IMG/VR virus record: IMGVR_UViG_3300008052_000004
Span: 1 to 42,743 of that record
Reading direction: 5' to 3' (one strand)
DNA length: 42,743 nt
Source: a virus
Taxonomy: Duplodnaviria; Caudoviricetes
Shown: in pieces, positions 20,286 to 28,976 of the stretch
Position numbering within the stretch: position 1 is the first letter of the stretch
Layout of the letters: the number at the start of each line of letters is the position of its first letter
Notes under the pieces: model-generated
Told to the model about the DNA's origin: nothing
Seen by the model: the letters and a program-made list of their open reading frames with translations, nothing else
Database searches by the model: none
Program-made: the position numbers and the translations under genes

Positions 20286-20996
20286 ATGACTAAACAAGAA
20301 CTACTAAACGCTGTTGCTGAATACAATCCCGTTCAAACACTTGCGATTGCGCTAAGTGTATACGACAAGCATGGATTTGTCCGCAGCGGCGAAGGCTATA
20401 ATGTATACGACAGTGAAGGCAACTACACTCACACTGTAGAAGATACCAAAACTCAAGTTATGAACGCAATGAAAGCAGGTGAGCAACCATCCGCTGAATA
20501 CCTTGCGCAGGCAGAACAAGTTAAAGAGAAGTTTGAAGCCAAGTTCATGATGAAGAAGTTTGGCAACGGACTCACTGATTTTGAGAACAACGTTGCTAAA
20601 GCATTTGCTGCTGGCAACAGTCTCACCAGCTTCCAAGTTGCTATTATCGCTAGTATCCCCAACATGAACAAGATTGACGAAAAGCGCAAAATGGTCGAGG
20701 ATCGTATTGATGAACTACGACTCAAAAGCAAATATTTTGGACAAGTGCGGCATCGTTACGATTTGGAAGTTGAAGTACTGGATTGTAAATATATCCAGAA
20801 CAGCGGCGTATACATGATTACCACCATCCACGCTAATAAAGACATCGTCAAATTCTGGTGGAGAGATCAGCCTGACATCAGTGATATTATTGAGGGCAAA
20901 ACCATCCGTATACGCGGCACAGTTAACCGTCACGAGCATGGCAAATTTAACCTAGCTGAAGAAACCATGTTTAACCGTGTAAAAATCCTCCCTTAA
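20286..20996 (+). CDS. hypothetical protein with probable C-terminal OB-fold
   Basis: AGGA RBS favours the ATG at 20286 (alternative 20238); C-terminal beta-rich EGKTIRIRGTV..H...ET.FNRVK pattern. Confidence 0.75.
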   Translation: MTKQELLNAVAEYNPVQTLAIALSVYDKHGFVRSGEGYNVYDSEGNYTHTVEDTKTQVMNAMKAGEQPSAEYLAQAEQVKEKFEAKFMMKKFGNGLTDFENNVAKAFAAGNSLTSFQVAIIASIPNMNKIDEKRKMVEDRIDELRLKSKYFGQVRHRYDLEVEVLDCKYIQNSGVYMITTIHANKDIVKFWWRDQPDISDIIEGKTIRIRGTVNRHEHGKFNLAEETMFNRVKILP

Positions 20997-21009
20997 TTGA
21001 AAAAAGTTG

Positions 21010-21038
21010 TTGACAACCAAGACACTTTACTGTATCGT
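21010..21038 (+). promoter_or_regulatory. sigma70-type early promoter
   Basis: TTGACA-17-TATCGT with CAAGACAC in the spacer. Confidence 0.75.
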
Positions 21039-21074
21039 GTAAGAGTAAGTTAACAGAGAACATAGGAAAACGAG

Positions 21075-21947
21075 ATGGCTAAGATGGCTTTCAAAACGGA
21101 ACGTAAGACCCGCACCCCCCGCAAAACTGCCGCTACCAAAGTTATGGAAGTGGATAACACTGTTGTAGAGTCCACTGAAACGGATGCAGAGATTGTAGAA
21201 CGTCTGCGTGAGCGTTTTGAGATCCTGGACACTATGACCCAGATGACCATTGATGGCGTTGTTAAGGGCATGGTTGTTACTGGCCCTCCGGGCGTAGGCA
21301 AGAGCTTTGGCGTTGAGGCTGTGCTGGAAAAGAACAGCATTTTCGACAAGCTCGCAGGCAACCGTCTCAAGTTTGGTGTTGAGAAAGGTGCTGCATCTGC
21401 TATTGGTTTGTATAAGTTGCTTTACAACTATGCAGACCGCGGTCACGTGCTGGTGCTTGATGACTGCGACAGTGTGCTTTACGACGAGACTTCGCTGAAC
21501 CTGCTGAAGGCTGCACTGGACAGCAGCAAGAAGCGCCGTATTAGCTGGAACACTGACAGCGCCCTGTTGCGCCGTGAAGGTATCCCTGATAGCTTTGAGT
21601 TTAAGGGCGCTGTAATCTTTATTACCAACCTCAAGTTTGACAAGGTGCGTGGTAAGATCAAAGATCACTTGGATGCTATTATGTCACGCTGCCACTATCT
21701 GGACCTGACTATGGACACGCCGCGTGAAAAGATCCTGCGCTGCCGCCAGATTGTTGCAGATGGTATGCTCAACGAGTATGACTTCACCAAGGAGCAGGAA
21801 ACGGAGATTGTAGACTTTATCTCCAACAACCAGCACCGTATGCGCGAAGTTAGCCTGCGTATGGTTACCAAGGTTGCTGACCTGCGCAAGAGCATGAGCG
21901 ACAAGTGGGAGCGTATGGCGGAATGCACTTGCATGGTGCGCCGCTAA
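21075..21947 (+). CDS. AAA+-type P-loop ATPase
   Basis: Walker A GPPGVGKS, Walker B LVLDDCD, sensor IFITN, Arg finger AIMSR. Confidence 0.9.
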   Translation: MAKMAFKTERKTRTPRKTAATKVMEVDNTVVESTETDAEIVERLRERFEILDTMTQMTIDGVVKGMVVTGPPGVGKSFGVEAVLEKNSIFDKLAGNRLKFGVEKGAASAIGLYKLLYNYADRGHVLVLDDCDSVLYDETSLNLLKAALDSSKKRRISWNTDSALLRREGIPDSFEFKGAVIFITNLKFDKVRGKIKDHLDAIMSRCHYLDLTMDTPREKILRCRQIVADGMLNEYDFTKEQETEIVDFISNNQHRMREVSLRMVTKVADLRKSMSDKWERMAECTCMVRR

Positions 21948-21968
21948 CACTACAAGTTACCCCAACTA

Positions 21969-21993
21969 GACCCCCCTTACGGGGGGTTTTTTT
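21969..21993 (+). terminator. intrinsic terminator
   Basis: GACCCCCC-TTAC-GGGGGGTT plus T run. Confidence 0.85.
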
Positions 21994-22005
21994 GTTAAAT
22001 AAGAT

Positions 22006-22593
22006 ATGGCAACTTTTAATAGAAATCTGACGTTAGTATATCCGCCGGGCGCTGGTGGAGAATTTCTGGGCTGGGCAATAAGTACCTTTCCTGGATTCAA
22101 TCAGGTAACACTGTGTGGAGTTTCAAAGAATAACAAATGGTCGTGGGACCCAGCAGTGCATGGTAAAGGTATATCTATGGAGTCTACTGATAGAGTAAAT
22201 CATGAATTTATAGATAATGATAAAATAAATGTAAATAGAGATCATGGCGAATGTATCTTTTATCCTTATGAAAGAATTTCAATGATTGATACATTTTTAG
22301 ATATCTATTATGATAGGTGGGGTACGGCAGGATTTATTGTTATTACTGATTTAAGTGGATTGGCACCCCAATTATCTATGCTAAAAAATAATAAGACTAC
22401 TGGTGCATATAATTATTTTTTAGAAAGATTTGGTAATAGAAACTGTCTTACTATTGATATATCTGAAATAGTTCTGAACGACGGGGTATCTGATAAGATA
22501 GCAACGTTTATATATAATGTATTTAATGTGTCTATAAACCCATCAGTATTGGGATGGTTGATAGATGCGTGGAATCAAAAGAATGTTACATAG
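22006..22593 (+). CDS. AT-rich hypothetical, sulfotransferase/P-loop-like (paralog 1)
   Basis: N-terminal strand-loop-helix LVYPPGAGGEFLGW; aligns by eye with 22609..23265. Confidence 0.7.
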   Translation: MATFNRNLTLVYPPGAGGEFLGWAISTFPGFNQVTLCGVSKNNKWSWDPAVHGKGISMESTDRVNHEFIDNDKINVNRDHGECIFYPYERISMIDTFLDIYYDRWGTAGFIVITDLSGLAPQLSMLKNNKTTGAYNYFLERFGNRNCLTIDISEIVLNDGVSDKIATFIYNVFNVSINPSVLGWLIDAWNQKNVT

Positions 22594-22608
22594 GCACTGC
22601 ATATTAGT

Positions 22609-23265
22609 ATGAAGAATAATATAGTAAACATAGTTTATTCATCTGGATCAGGAGGAGAATTCTTCACCTGGTTGCTTGGACAGCAACCGTTCTGTATGCC
22701 AGTAGGTATAGATATAGCCCCAACTCTTAATAAGTGGGAAGTTACAACTACCACCACTCCTGATCACATTTCATATGACGAACATGACTATAATGGATTC
22801 AAGTGCTATTTAGATGATATCACCTTCCACCCTACGTTAATAAATCTTGTTCGTAGCCATATGCATTTTCATGATATGCAAGATAAATCAATCATTGATT
22901 ATTACTTGAAAGCATACTATGATGATTGGAATAAGGCAGTGTTTATTCATCTTGATCCAGAGACAGAAGAAGGTTTTAATTATTTTTTAAATCTGTCTAA
23001 ATTAAAACTACAAGACAGCCACCCAAATAATAGAGACTGGCAAACAATGTGTGAAATACGACAAAGCAGAATAAAGAGTATTGGTGACCGTAATATAATT
23101 TTTGTTGATCCTTATAAATTTTTTATAACAAACTTTGATAATGAATTTGATAAGTTAATATATTCTTTACAAACATCATTTGATAAAAAGTTTAATCACT
23201 CAAAACCAACTGCTAAATTTTTTGTAGATATATGGAAAAAACAAAATACGTTGTTAAATTCTTGA
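22609..23265 (+). CDS. AT-rich hypothetical, sulfotransferase/P-loop-like (paralog 2)
   Basis: IVYSSGSGGEFFTW; shares NKW, YYD.W, G.RN and D.W...N with paralog 1. Confidence 0.7.
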   Translation: MKNNIVNIVYSSGSGGEFFTWLLGQQPFCMPVGIDIAPTLNKWEVTTTTTPDHISYDEHDYNGFKCYLDDITFHPTLINLVRSHMHFHDMQDKSIIDYYLKAYYDDWNKAVFIHLDPETEEGFNYFLNLSKLKLQDSHPNNRDWQTMCEIRQSRIKSIGDRNIIFVDPYKFFITNFDNEFDKLIYSLQTSFDKKFNHSKPTAKFFVDIWKKQNTLLNS

Positions 23266-23290
23266 CACTTTACAATTTCTGTTATATATT
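23262..23290 (+). promoter_or_regulatory. sigma70-type promoter for uvsW
   Basis: TTGACA-17-TATATT, 6 nt before the ATG. Confidence 0.8.
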
Positions 23291-23296
23291 AATCAT

Positions 23297-24742
23297 ATGA
23301 ATTGCAATATTATTATCAAAGACGAAGTCAACTGCAAGATTGAAGGACTTGACCTTGACACACGGAAAAAGTGTGAAAAGGAGTTAAAGTTCTTCCTTCC
23401 ACATGCCTATCACACCCCAGCATATAAACTGGGTCGCTGGGACGGCACTATGAGTTTCTTTACAGTTGGCGGCGTTACCTATGTTAACTTGTTGGATCGT
23501 GTGCTGCCCATTATCATGAACGCAGGCTACATTCCAAACATTGAAGACCATCGTACACACCACAACCTTCAGTTTGAAGTAGTTGATGAGACAACGTTTC
23601 AACACCACACTTGGCCCAAAGGACACCCTGTTGAAGGACAGCCTGTTACACTACGTGACTATCAGATTGAAGTTGTAAACAAGTTTTTAGAAACGCCACA
23701 GTGCTTACAAGAGATTGCAACTGGCGCAGGCAAGACACTTATTACAGCGGCACTTAGCTATAAAGTAGAACAATATGGGCGCAGTATTGTTATCGTTCCA
23801 AACAAGGACCTAGTAAAGCAAACATATGCTGACTATGTTAACTTGGGTCTTGACGTTGGCGTTTACTTTGGTGATAAAAAAGAGATTGGCAAAACACACA
23901 CTATCTGCACATGGCAAAGTTTAAACAGTATTAAAAAGCGTTTCCGTGAAGGTGAGACGGACTTTGGACTACAAGACTTTATTGAGGATGTAGTGTGTGT
24001 TATTGTTGACGAAGTTCACCAAGCAAAAGCAGATGTACTTAAAGAAATGCTAACGAAAGACTTCGCACATATTCCATTGCGCTGGGGACTTACTGGCACT
24101 ATCCCCAAAGCGCCACATGAGTTTGTAGCACTACAGGCAAGCCTTGGTGAAGTTGTAAATCAACTAGCAGCAAGTACATTGCAAGAGATGGGCGTATTAA
24201 GTAATTGTCACGTTAATATCGTACAACTTAATGAAACAGCAATATACCCAAACTATCAGAGTGAGCTAACATACCTCACCACAAACAAGCAACGCATGGA
24301 TTACATCAGTGATCTCATACTAAATATTGCTGAGTCAGGCAACACTCTTATTCTAGTAGATCGTATTAAGAGTGGCGAGATACTTGTTGAGAATATTCCA
24401 GGTGCCAAGTTTGTACATGGCATAACCAAAGACAGGAAAACAACTTATGACGAAATTAATGAAAGCGACAATAGCATTACTGTTGCAACCTATGGTGTGG
24501 CTGCCGTGGGTATTAACATTCCTCGTATCTTTAACTTGGTTCTACTTGAGCCTGGCAAATCTTTTGTAAGAGTTATCCAAAGTATTGGACGCGGTGTACG
24601 CAAAGCCGCAGACAAAGACCACGTAGAAATTTGGGACGTGGCTAGCACTGCCAAGTATAGCAAGAAGCATTTAACAGAGCGTAAAAAGTTTTACGCCGAG
24701 GCGAACTACCCATATACTATAGAGAAAGTAAATTATAAATGA
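23297..24742 (+). CDS. uvsW: SF2 DNA helicase (UvsW-like)
   Basis: LRDYQ, ATGAGKT, VDEVH, GLTGT, QSIGRGVR. Confidence 0.92.
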   Translation: MNCNIIIKDEVNCKIEGLDLDTRKKCEKELKFFLPHAYHTPAYKLGRWDGTMSFFTVGGVTYVNLLDRVLPIIMNAGYIPNIEDHRTHHNLQFEVVDETTFQHHTWPKGHPVEGQPVTLRDYQIEVVNKFLETPQCLQEIATGAGKTLITAALSYKVEQYGRSIVIVPNKDLVKQTYADYVNLGLDVGVYFGDKKEIGKTHTICTWQSLNSIKKRFREGETDFGLQDFIEDVVCVIVDEVHQAKADVLKEMLTKDFAHIPLRWGLTGTIPKAPHEFVALQASLGEVVNQLAASTLQEMGVLSNCHVNIVQLNETAIYPNYQSELTYLTTNKQRMDYISDLILNIAESGNTLILVDRIKSGEILVENIPGAKFVHGITKDRKTTYDEINESDNSITVATYGVAAVGINIPRIFNLVLLEPGKSFVRVIQSIGRGVRKAADKDHVEIWDVASTAKYSKKHLTERKKFYAEANYPYTIEKVNYK

Positions 24743-25239
24743 GAATTCTAACAGTTGAAAATACAACATATGAATTGGATGACATTCCAGAAACAGTAGA
24801 CGATCTACGATATGGCGTGTTAGACTATACAAATCCTAAGAACGTAGATTACTTTTTTATTCCACTTATTTTCCTAGAAAGTTTCTACAGCCCTGCCGCA
24901 GTGTTGCGTGTAGGAGAATATACAGTTAATGTTCCACTGGATTGGAGTATTGTTATCTGTGATCCTGAAGTTGGCGATCCTGAAGTAGTTAGCTTAATGA
25001 GTTTAAATGATCGTGGATTTAAAGCATTTGCAATGAATCCAATTAACGGATTTAGCCCAAATTATCTTGACGTAGACATTACAAACATTTATACTGATAT
25101 TAAATGGCATGCCCCCAAGTTAAAATTTGGACATCTACTGTGCATCCCGCTAAGTGATAAGCCTGAATCGCCCTGTATTATGATTGTAAAAGAAGCAGGT
25201 AAGATTCCAGAAGTATTAGACATCAATGACATCTGGTAA
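24739..25239 (+). CDS. hypothetical beta-rich protein
   Basis: 166-aa ORF coupled to uvsW. Confidence 0.8.
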   Translation: MRILTVENTTYELDDIPETVDDLRYGVLDYTNPKNVDYFFIPLIFLESFYSPAAVLRVGEYTVNVPLDWSIVICDPEVGDPEVVSLMSLNDRGFKAFAMNPINGFSPNYLDVDITNIYTDIKWHAPKLKFGHLLCIPLSDKPESPCIMIVKEAGKIPEVLDINDIW

Positions 25240-25699
25240 ACTAACAATTAAAGAAGAGATGCGAGCTGTTGATACCAAGGACCGCCGTTGGTATGATAGC
25301 CTGTCAGATGAAGAACGTGCTGCATACGACAAACAACTGTGGATACAAATGAGATATGTCAGCAGTGTTAAGAGTAGTATCAAAGACTTTGAAGAGCATT
25401 ATTTAGAGTGGACTAATGAACTAGTCAACACACATTTTAACACATTGCGTCATCATCCCAGACTACAGTTTCAATTAATGCAAGCACTTGGGTTAGGCAA
25501 GTCACAGTTTCATCAATGGATCGCTCCTGGCAAGCGTGGCACTGAGAATAAAGTATTCAAGTTCTTTGCTGATATGTATCCTAGTATGAATGATGAAGAG
25601 GTTGAAATACTACTGTCACAATACACTGAAGCAGAAGTTATTGATCTACTGGAAGAGACTGGTATGAAAAAATCAGACATTAAAAAATTACTAAAATGA
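25226..25699 (+). CDS. probable clamp-loader small subunit (T4 gp62-like)
   Basis: Helical protein with N..VN, HP.LQF, FHQWI..K and YP.MN..E..ILL patterns; replication operon. Confidence 0.55.
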   Translation: MTSGKLTIKEEMRAVDTKDRRWYDSLSDEERAAYDKQLWIQMRYVSSVKSSIKDFEEHYLEWTNELVNTHFNTLRHHPRLQFQLMQALGLGKSQFHQWIAPGKRGTENKVFKFFADMYPSMNDEEVEILLSQYTEAEVIDLLEETGMKKSDIKKLLK

Positions 25700-26487
25700 A
25701 TCATGCGTTTATTTACAGTAGTGAAGGACAACCAACTGGCGCTCTAGGATGGTTTTTACAGCAAAGTGAAAGCTATAAAAGTAATTTCTTTATCGTCGGA
25801 GAACATAATCTAGTGGAAGCACATTTACATCCAGATCCCTGGGATAACCACAGCAGTGATCCAGATCACTGGAGCCATCAATATATTGAATGTATTGAAA
25901 AAATGGATGAAGATTTTGCTTGGATTAATAGTTTTGTTAGTGGATTTACTAAAAGAACAATCTTTGGGTTAAGCTATGGTGCATGGTCTAAATTAATTCC
26001 ATGGAAGAATAAAAATGTAGATCTAATCTATATAGAACCCACTGAACAAACATATCAATTGTTTTTTAATTCTTATTTACGGAGACCCGTGGATATGGAT
26101 TTTGTAAAAGAGTCTATTGATATGCATGTTCATGATCATCATCAGGACGATCCAGTGTATAGAGAACACATATATGCCAGTGTCTATAATGATGCATTAA
26201 AGTATGCTGAACTTGGTGAACTTAGATTTTGGCAGCTACAGCACTGTTTTCATCACGGCGGTGCAGAAATACCATCGCCTGACAGGCATGATGAGATGCG
26301 TAAGATAACTTTCTCAGATAAGATAGCCCCTTATTACGAAAAGAATGAGAAAAGATGTATAGTTGTTGACATATTTAATTTAGATTTAAAAAACATTTGC
26401 GAAAAATTAAATATCATTTATAATGATAGGATGGAATACGAATACCAGAGGTTTTTAAAGTTTGCTGATGACATCGCACAAGTGTAA
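25696..26487 (+). CDS. AT-rich His-rich hypothetical protein, possibly sulfotransferase-like
   Basis: N-terminal FIYSSEGQPTGALGWFL and C-terminal ICEKLNI; overlaps both neighbours. Confidence 0.7.
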   Translation: MNHAFIYSSEGQPTGALGWFLQQSESYKSNFFIVGEHNLVEAHLHPDPWDNHSSDPDHWSHQYIECIEKMDEDFAWINSFVSGFTKRTIFGLSYGAWSKLIPWKNKNVDLIYIEPTEQTYQLFFNSYLRRPVDMDFVKESIDMHVHDHHQDDPVYREHIYASVYNDALKYAELGELRFWQLQHCFHHGGAEIPSPDRHDEMRKITFSDKIAPYYEKNEKRCIVVDIFNLDLKNICEKLNIIYNDRMEYEYQRFLKFADDIAQV

Positions 26488-27148
26488 TTACTGCAACAAA
26501 GAATTTAAAAAAGAAAGCACTCTTGCGGTTCATATGTGTGAGCCCAAGCGTAGATATATGCAGCGTGACGATAAAGATGTCCAGCTGGGCTTCCGTGCAT
26601 ATCAGCTTTTTTATCGCATTGGCACAAATAGTAAAAAAGACAAGAGCTATGATGATTTCGCTGGTAGCACATACTACAGTGCATTTGTAAAGTTTGGCCA
26701 ATATTGTATTGATGTAAAAATTGATGATGTGCCAGCTTATACTTCTTGGCTATTACAAAACGGTGTTAAACTGGATAAATGGACTAGTGACAGAAACTTC
26801 ACGGCGTGGATTAAGGAACGTCTGAAGACAGAAAGTGTTGACCGTGCTGTAGAACGTACTATATTGCATATGCAAGCGTGGGCAGAGAAAGATCTTAATA
26901 GACATTGGGCAGACTACTTTAAAAATGGGTCCACAAACATGATCGTTTTTGATATTTGTGCGGGTCGTGTTAGTCCATGGGTATTATATGCAACAACTGA
27001 TGCACAGGATATGATGGATAGGCTTAATGCAGAACAAGCAAAGATGATTGTGGACTATGCAGATCCACAGTATTGGCAAGTACGAATGTTCCGTAATAAA
27101 GACGATGTAAATTGGGTACGCAGTATTTTTGAAAAGGCAACTCTATGA
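26468..27148 (+). CDS. protein with an N-terminal C2H2-like zinc finger
   Basis: HKCNYCNKEFKKESTLAVHMC; ATG at 26468. Confidence 0.8.
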   Translation: MTSHKCNYCNKEFKKESTLAVHMCEPKRRYMQRDDKDVQLGFRAYQLFYRIGTNSKKDKSYDDFAGSTYYSAFVKFGQYCIDVKIDDVPAYTSWLLQNGVKLDKWTSDRNFTAWIKERLKTESVDRAVERTILHMQAWAEKDLNRHWADYFKNGSTNMIVFDICAGRVSPWVLYATTDAQDMMDRLNAEQAKMIVDYADPQYWQVRMFRNKDDVNWVRSIFEKATL

Positions 27149-27729
27149 TAGTAAACACTGATATTGACATTGACGTAGCAGATCGCAACAAGCTATTGCG
27201 ACTTATTAAACATACTCCTGCAATGATGAACAATAAAGGCCGTAAGCAACGTCACAATACAGGCATTTACTTTCATGAAGTGCCAAACGATCCGTTCACT
27301 GGGTTGGCAACCGTGGATTATACTGAAGCTGAACAACTTGGCTTTTTTAAGATTGATATTCTTAATGTAAATATATACGAAAGTATTAAAGATCCAGCTG
27401 AACTAGATGAGCTGATGTCTATGGAACCCATGTGGGAATTACTTGAGCATCGAGAAGTAGTTGAAAAACTATTCCACATACACGGTCATTATGATATTGT
27501 GCAGCGTATGCGACCACGCAGTGTTGAACAACTAGCAGCGGTACTGGCAGTTATTCGTCCAGCTAAAAGATATTTGCTGGGTAAAGATTGGGATACTGTT
27601 TTTAGGGAAGTGTGGGTGCGACCAGAGGGTGATGAATATTTCTTTAAAAAAGCACACGCGGTCAGCTATGCAGTTGCTATTGTTGTGCAACTAAACCAGT
27701 TGGTTAAAAATTCTTCTTCATTAAGTTAA
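27145..27729 (+). CDS. miniature DNA polymerase III alpha (DnaE)-like protein
   Basis: TDIDID, HNTGIY, FFKIDIL, LAVIRP and YFFKKAHAVSYA correspond in order to DnaE PDxDxD, HAxG, KxDxL, RPG and YxFNKSH. Confidence 0.85.
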   Translation: MIVNTDIDIDVADRNKLLRLIKHTPAMMNNKGRKQRHNTGIYFHEVPNDPFTGLATVDYTEAEQLGFFKIDILNVNIYESIKDPAELDELMSMEPMWELLEHREVVEKLFHIHGHYDIVQRMRPRSVEQLAAVLAVIRPAKRYLLGKDWDTVFREVWVRPEGDEYFFKKAHAVSYAVAIVVQLNQLVKNSSSLS

Positions 27730-28075
27730 TACTGCGGCGTTTAATACGTTTTGTAATACAGTCCTGCAACCGCACTTCAGGACCTGCTACTATTTCCATT
27801 TGCTTTACTGTAAAACTCTGACAAGTGTAACCAAATGGCCAACGATTTAGTAGTGCGATATTGATGGGAAGTTTTCTATTTGTTTCCCACCACCATTCTT
27901 CTCCAAGTGTTAAGAACATTCGCTTGTCTTCAATTGATTGTATGCGTTCATACATATACATACTGGCAATCTGAGTATCTATATTTTGCATAATGCCCAG
28001 ATACTCATTGCCCGCATAATTGATCACGGTTAAAAATGGATATTCCTCAAGAAGATCTTTATATTTGTTGTGCAT
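27704..28075 (-). CDS. hypothetical protein
   Basis: YPFLT, EYLGI.QN and GEEWWWETNR.LPIN motifs; ATG at 28075 follows a late-type promoter. Confidence 0.8.
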   Translation of the reverse strand: MHNKYKDLLEEYPFLTVINYAGNEYLGIMQNIDTQIASMYMYERIQSIEDKRMFLTLGEEWWWETNRKLPINIALLNRWPFGYTCQSFTVKQMEIVAGPEVRLQDCITKRIKRRSINLMKKNF

Positions 28076-28083
28076 GTTACATC

Positions 28084-28122
28084 TATTTAGCACACCTATT
28101 TTTAGTTAAAAACACATAAATA
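28084..28122. promoter_or_regulatory. divergent late-type promoters
   Basis: GCTAAATA on minus (28084-28091) and CATAAATA on plus (28115-28122). Confidence 0.65.
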
Positions 28123-28145
28123 CTAATAACAACTGGGATAAAAAT

Positions 28146-28967
28146 ATGAGCAATTACAGTACAAGTTACAACATTAATCAAGCGGGTGATTTATACACCA
28201 TTCAAGACCACGGCGTTGCTGCTGGTCTAGGACAATATAATTCAACACGTGGCACAACAGTTAACTCGCCAACAAACTATCGCAAGATGAAGTTGAATCG
28301 TGGCTTTGACAACCAGTTGTTTTTCTTTGTTAAGAATCAGGACCGCAAGCCAATACAACTTAACAATATAACAATTAATGCAAGTTTAATTTATCGTGAA
28401 ACTGGTGTATCTCTAGTTAACAAGAGTTGCCAGATTACAGATTATGAACTGGGCAGTATTAAACTTGTAATTACAGCAAATGATCTGTTAAACGCTGATA
28501 CTGGTATGTGTGATCTAGTGTTATCATACACAAACGAGTTTGGTTTAGTTATGCCACTATACACTGATTTGAATATGCGTCCAAACTTTGCAGCAGAAAT
28601 CAGTGATGACGCAGGATATATTCCATTAACAACACAGGTTATCACAAATTTTGCGAGCGGCACAAACTTTAACTACAGTAGCATTATTACAGGCCCTGCA
28701 TACTACGGAAAAGGCAATGGTATGATTACAGTTGGTGTATATGCTACAAACTACACTGGTGCGTTTTATCTGCAAGGCACAACAAGTGACTACCCTGCAG
28801 AAAGTGACTGGTTTGATATTGAATTAGGCGCACAATACTACTATCACAGTTTTGATGATTTTACTGGTATAGAACCATTTACAATCCAATCCAACTTAAA
28901 ATTTTTAAGAGCAAAAATAGACAATACAGGCACAGGAACAGTTGACAAAATAGTCGTTCGCGTATAA
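28146..28967 (+). CDS. probable virion structural protein (beta-sandwich, baseplate-like)
   Basis: Late promoter; Thr/Asn/Gly-rich beta pattern; FFVKNQDRKP and LQGT......WFDI motifs. Confidence 0.7.
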   Translation: MSNYSTSYNINQAGDLYTIQDHGVAAGLGQYNSTRGTTVNSPTNYRKMKLNRGFDNQLFFFVKNQDRKPIQLNNITINASLIYRETGVSLVNKSCQITDYELGSIKLVITANDLLNADTGMCDLVLSYTNEFGLVMPLYTDLNMRPNFAAEISDDAGYIPLTTQVITNFASGTNFNYSSIITGPAYYGKGNGMITVGVYATNYTGAFYLQGTTSDYPAESDWFDIELGAQYYYHSFDDFTGIEPFTIQSNLKFLRAKIDNTGTGTVDKIVVRV

Positions 28968-28970
28968 TAT
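28942..28970 (+). promoter_or_regulatory. sigma70-type promoter for primase-helicase
   Basis: TTGACA-17-TAATAT (overlapping TATAAT), 6 nt before the ATG. Confidence 0.7.
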
Positions 28971-28976
28971 AACTGT

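Noticed and set aside
21027-21950. Long antisense ORFs over the AAA ATPase (e.g. 21027..21668 minus)
   Set aside because: They are shadows of a GC-richer, codon-biased sense gene, with no RBS or recognisable motifs. The same applies to the other short nested or antisense ORFs in the track.
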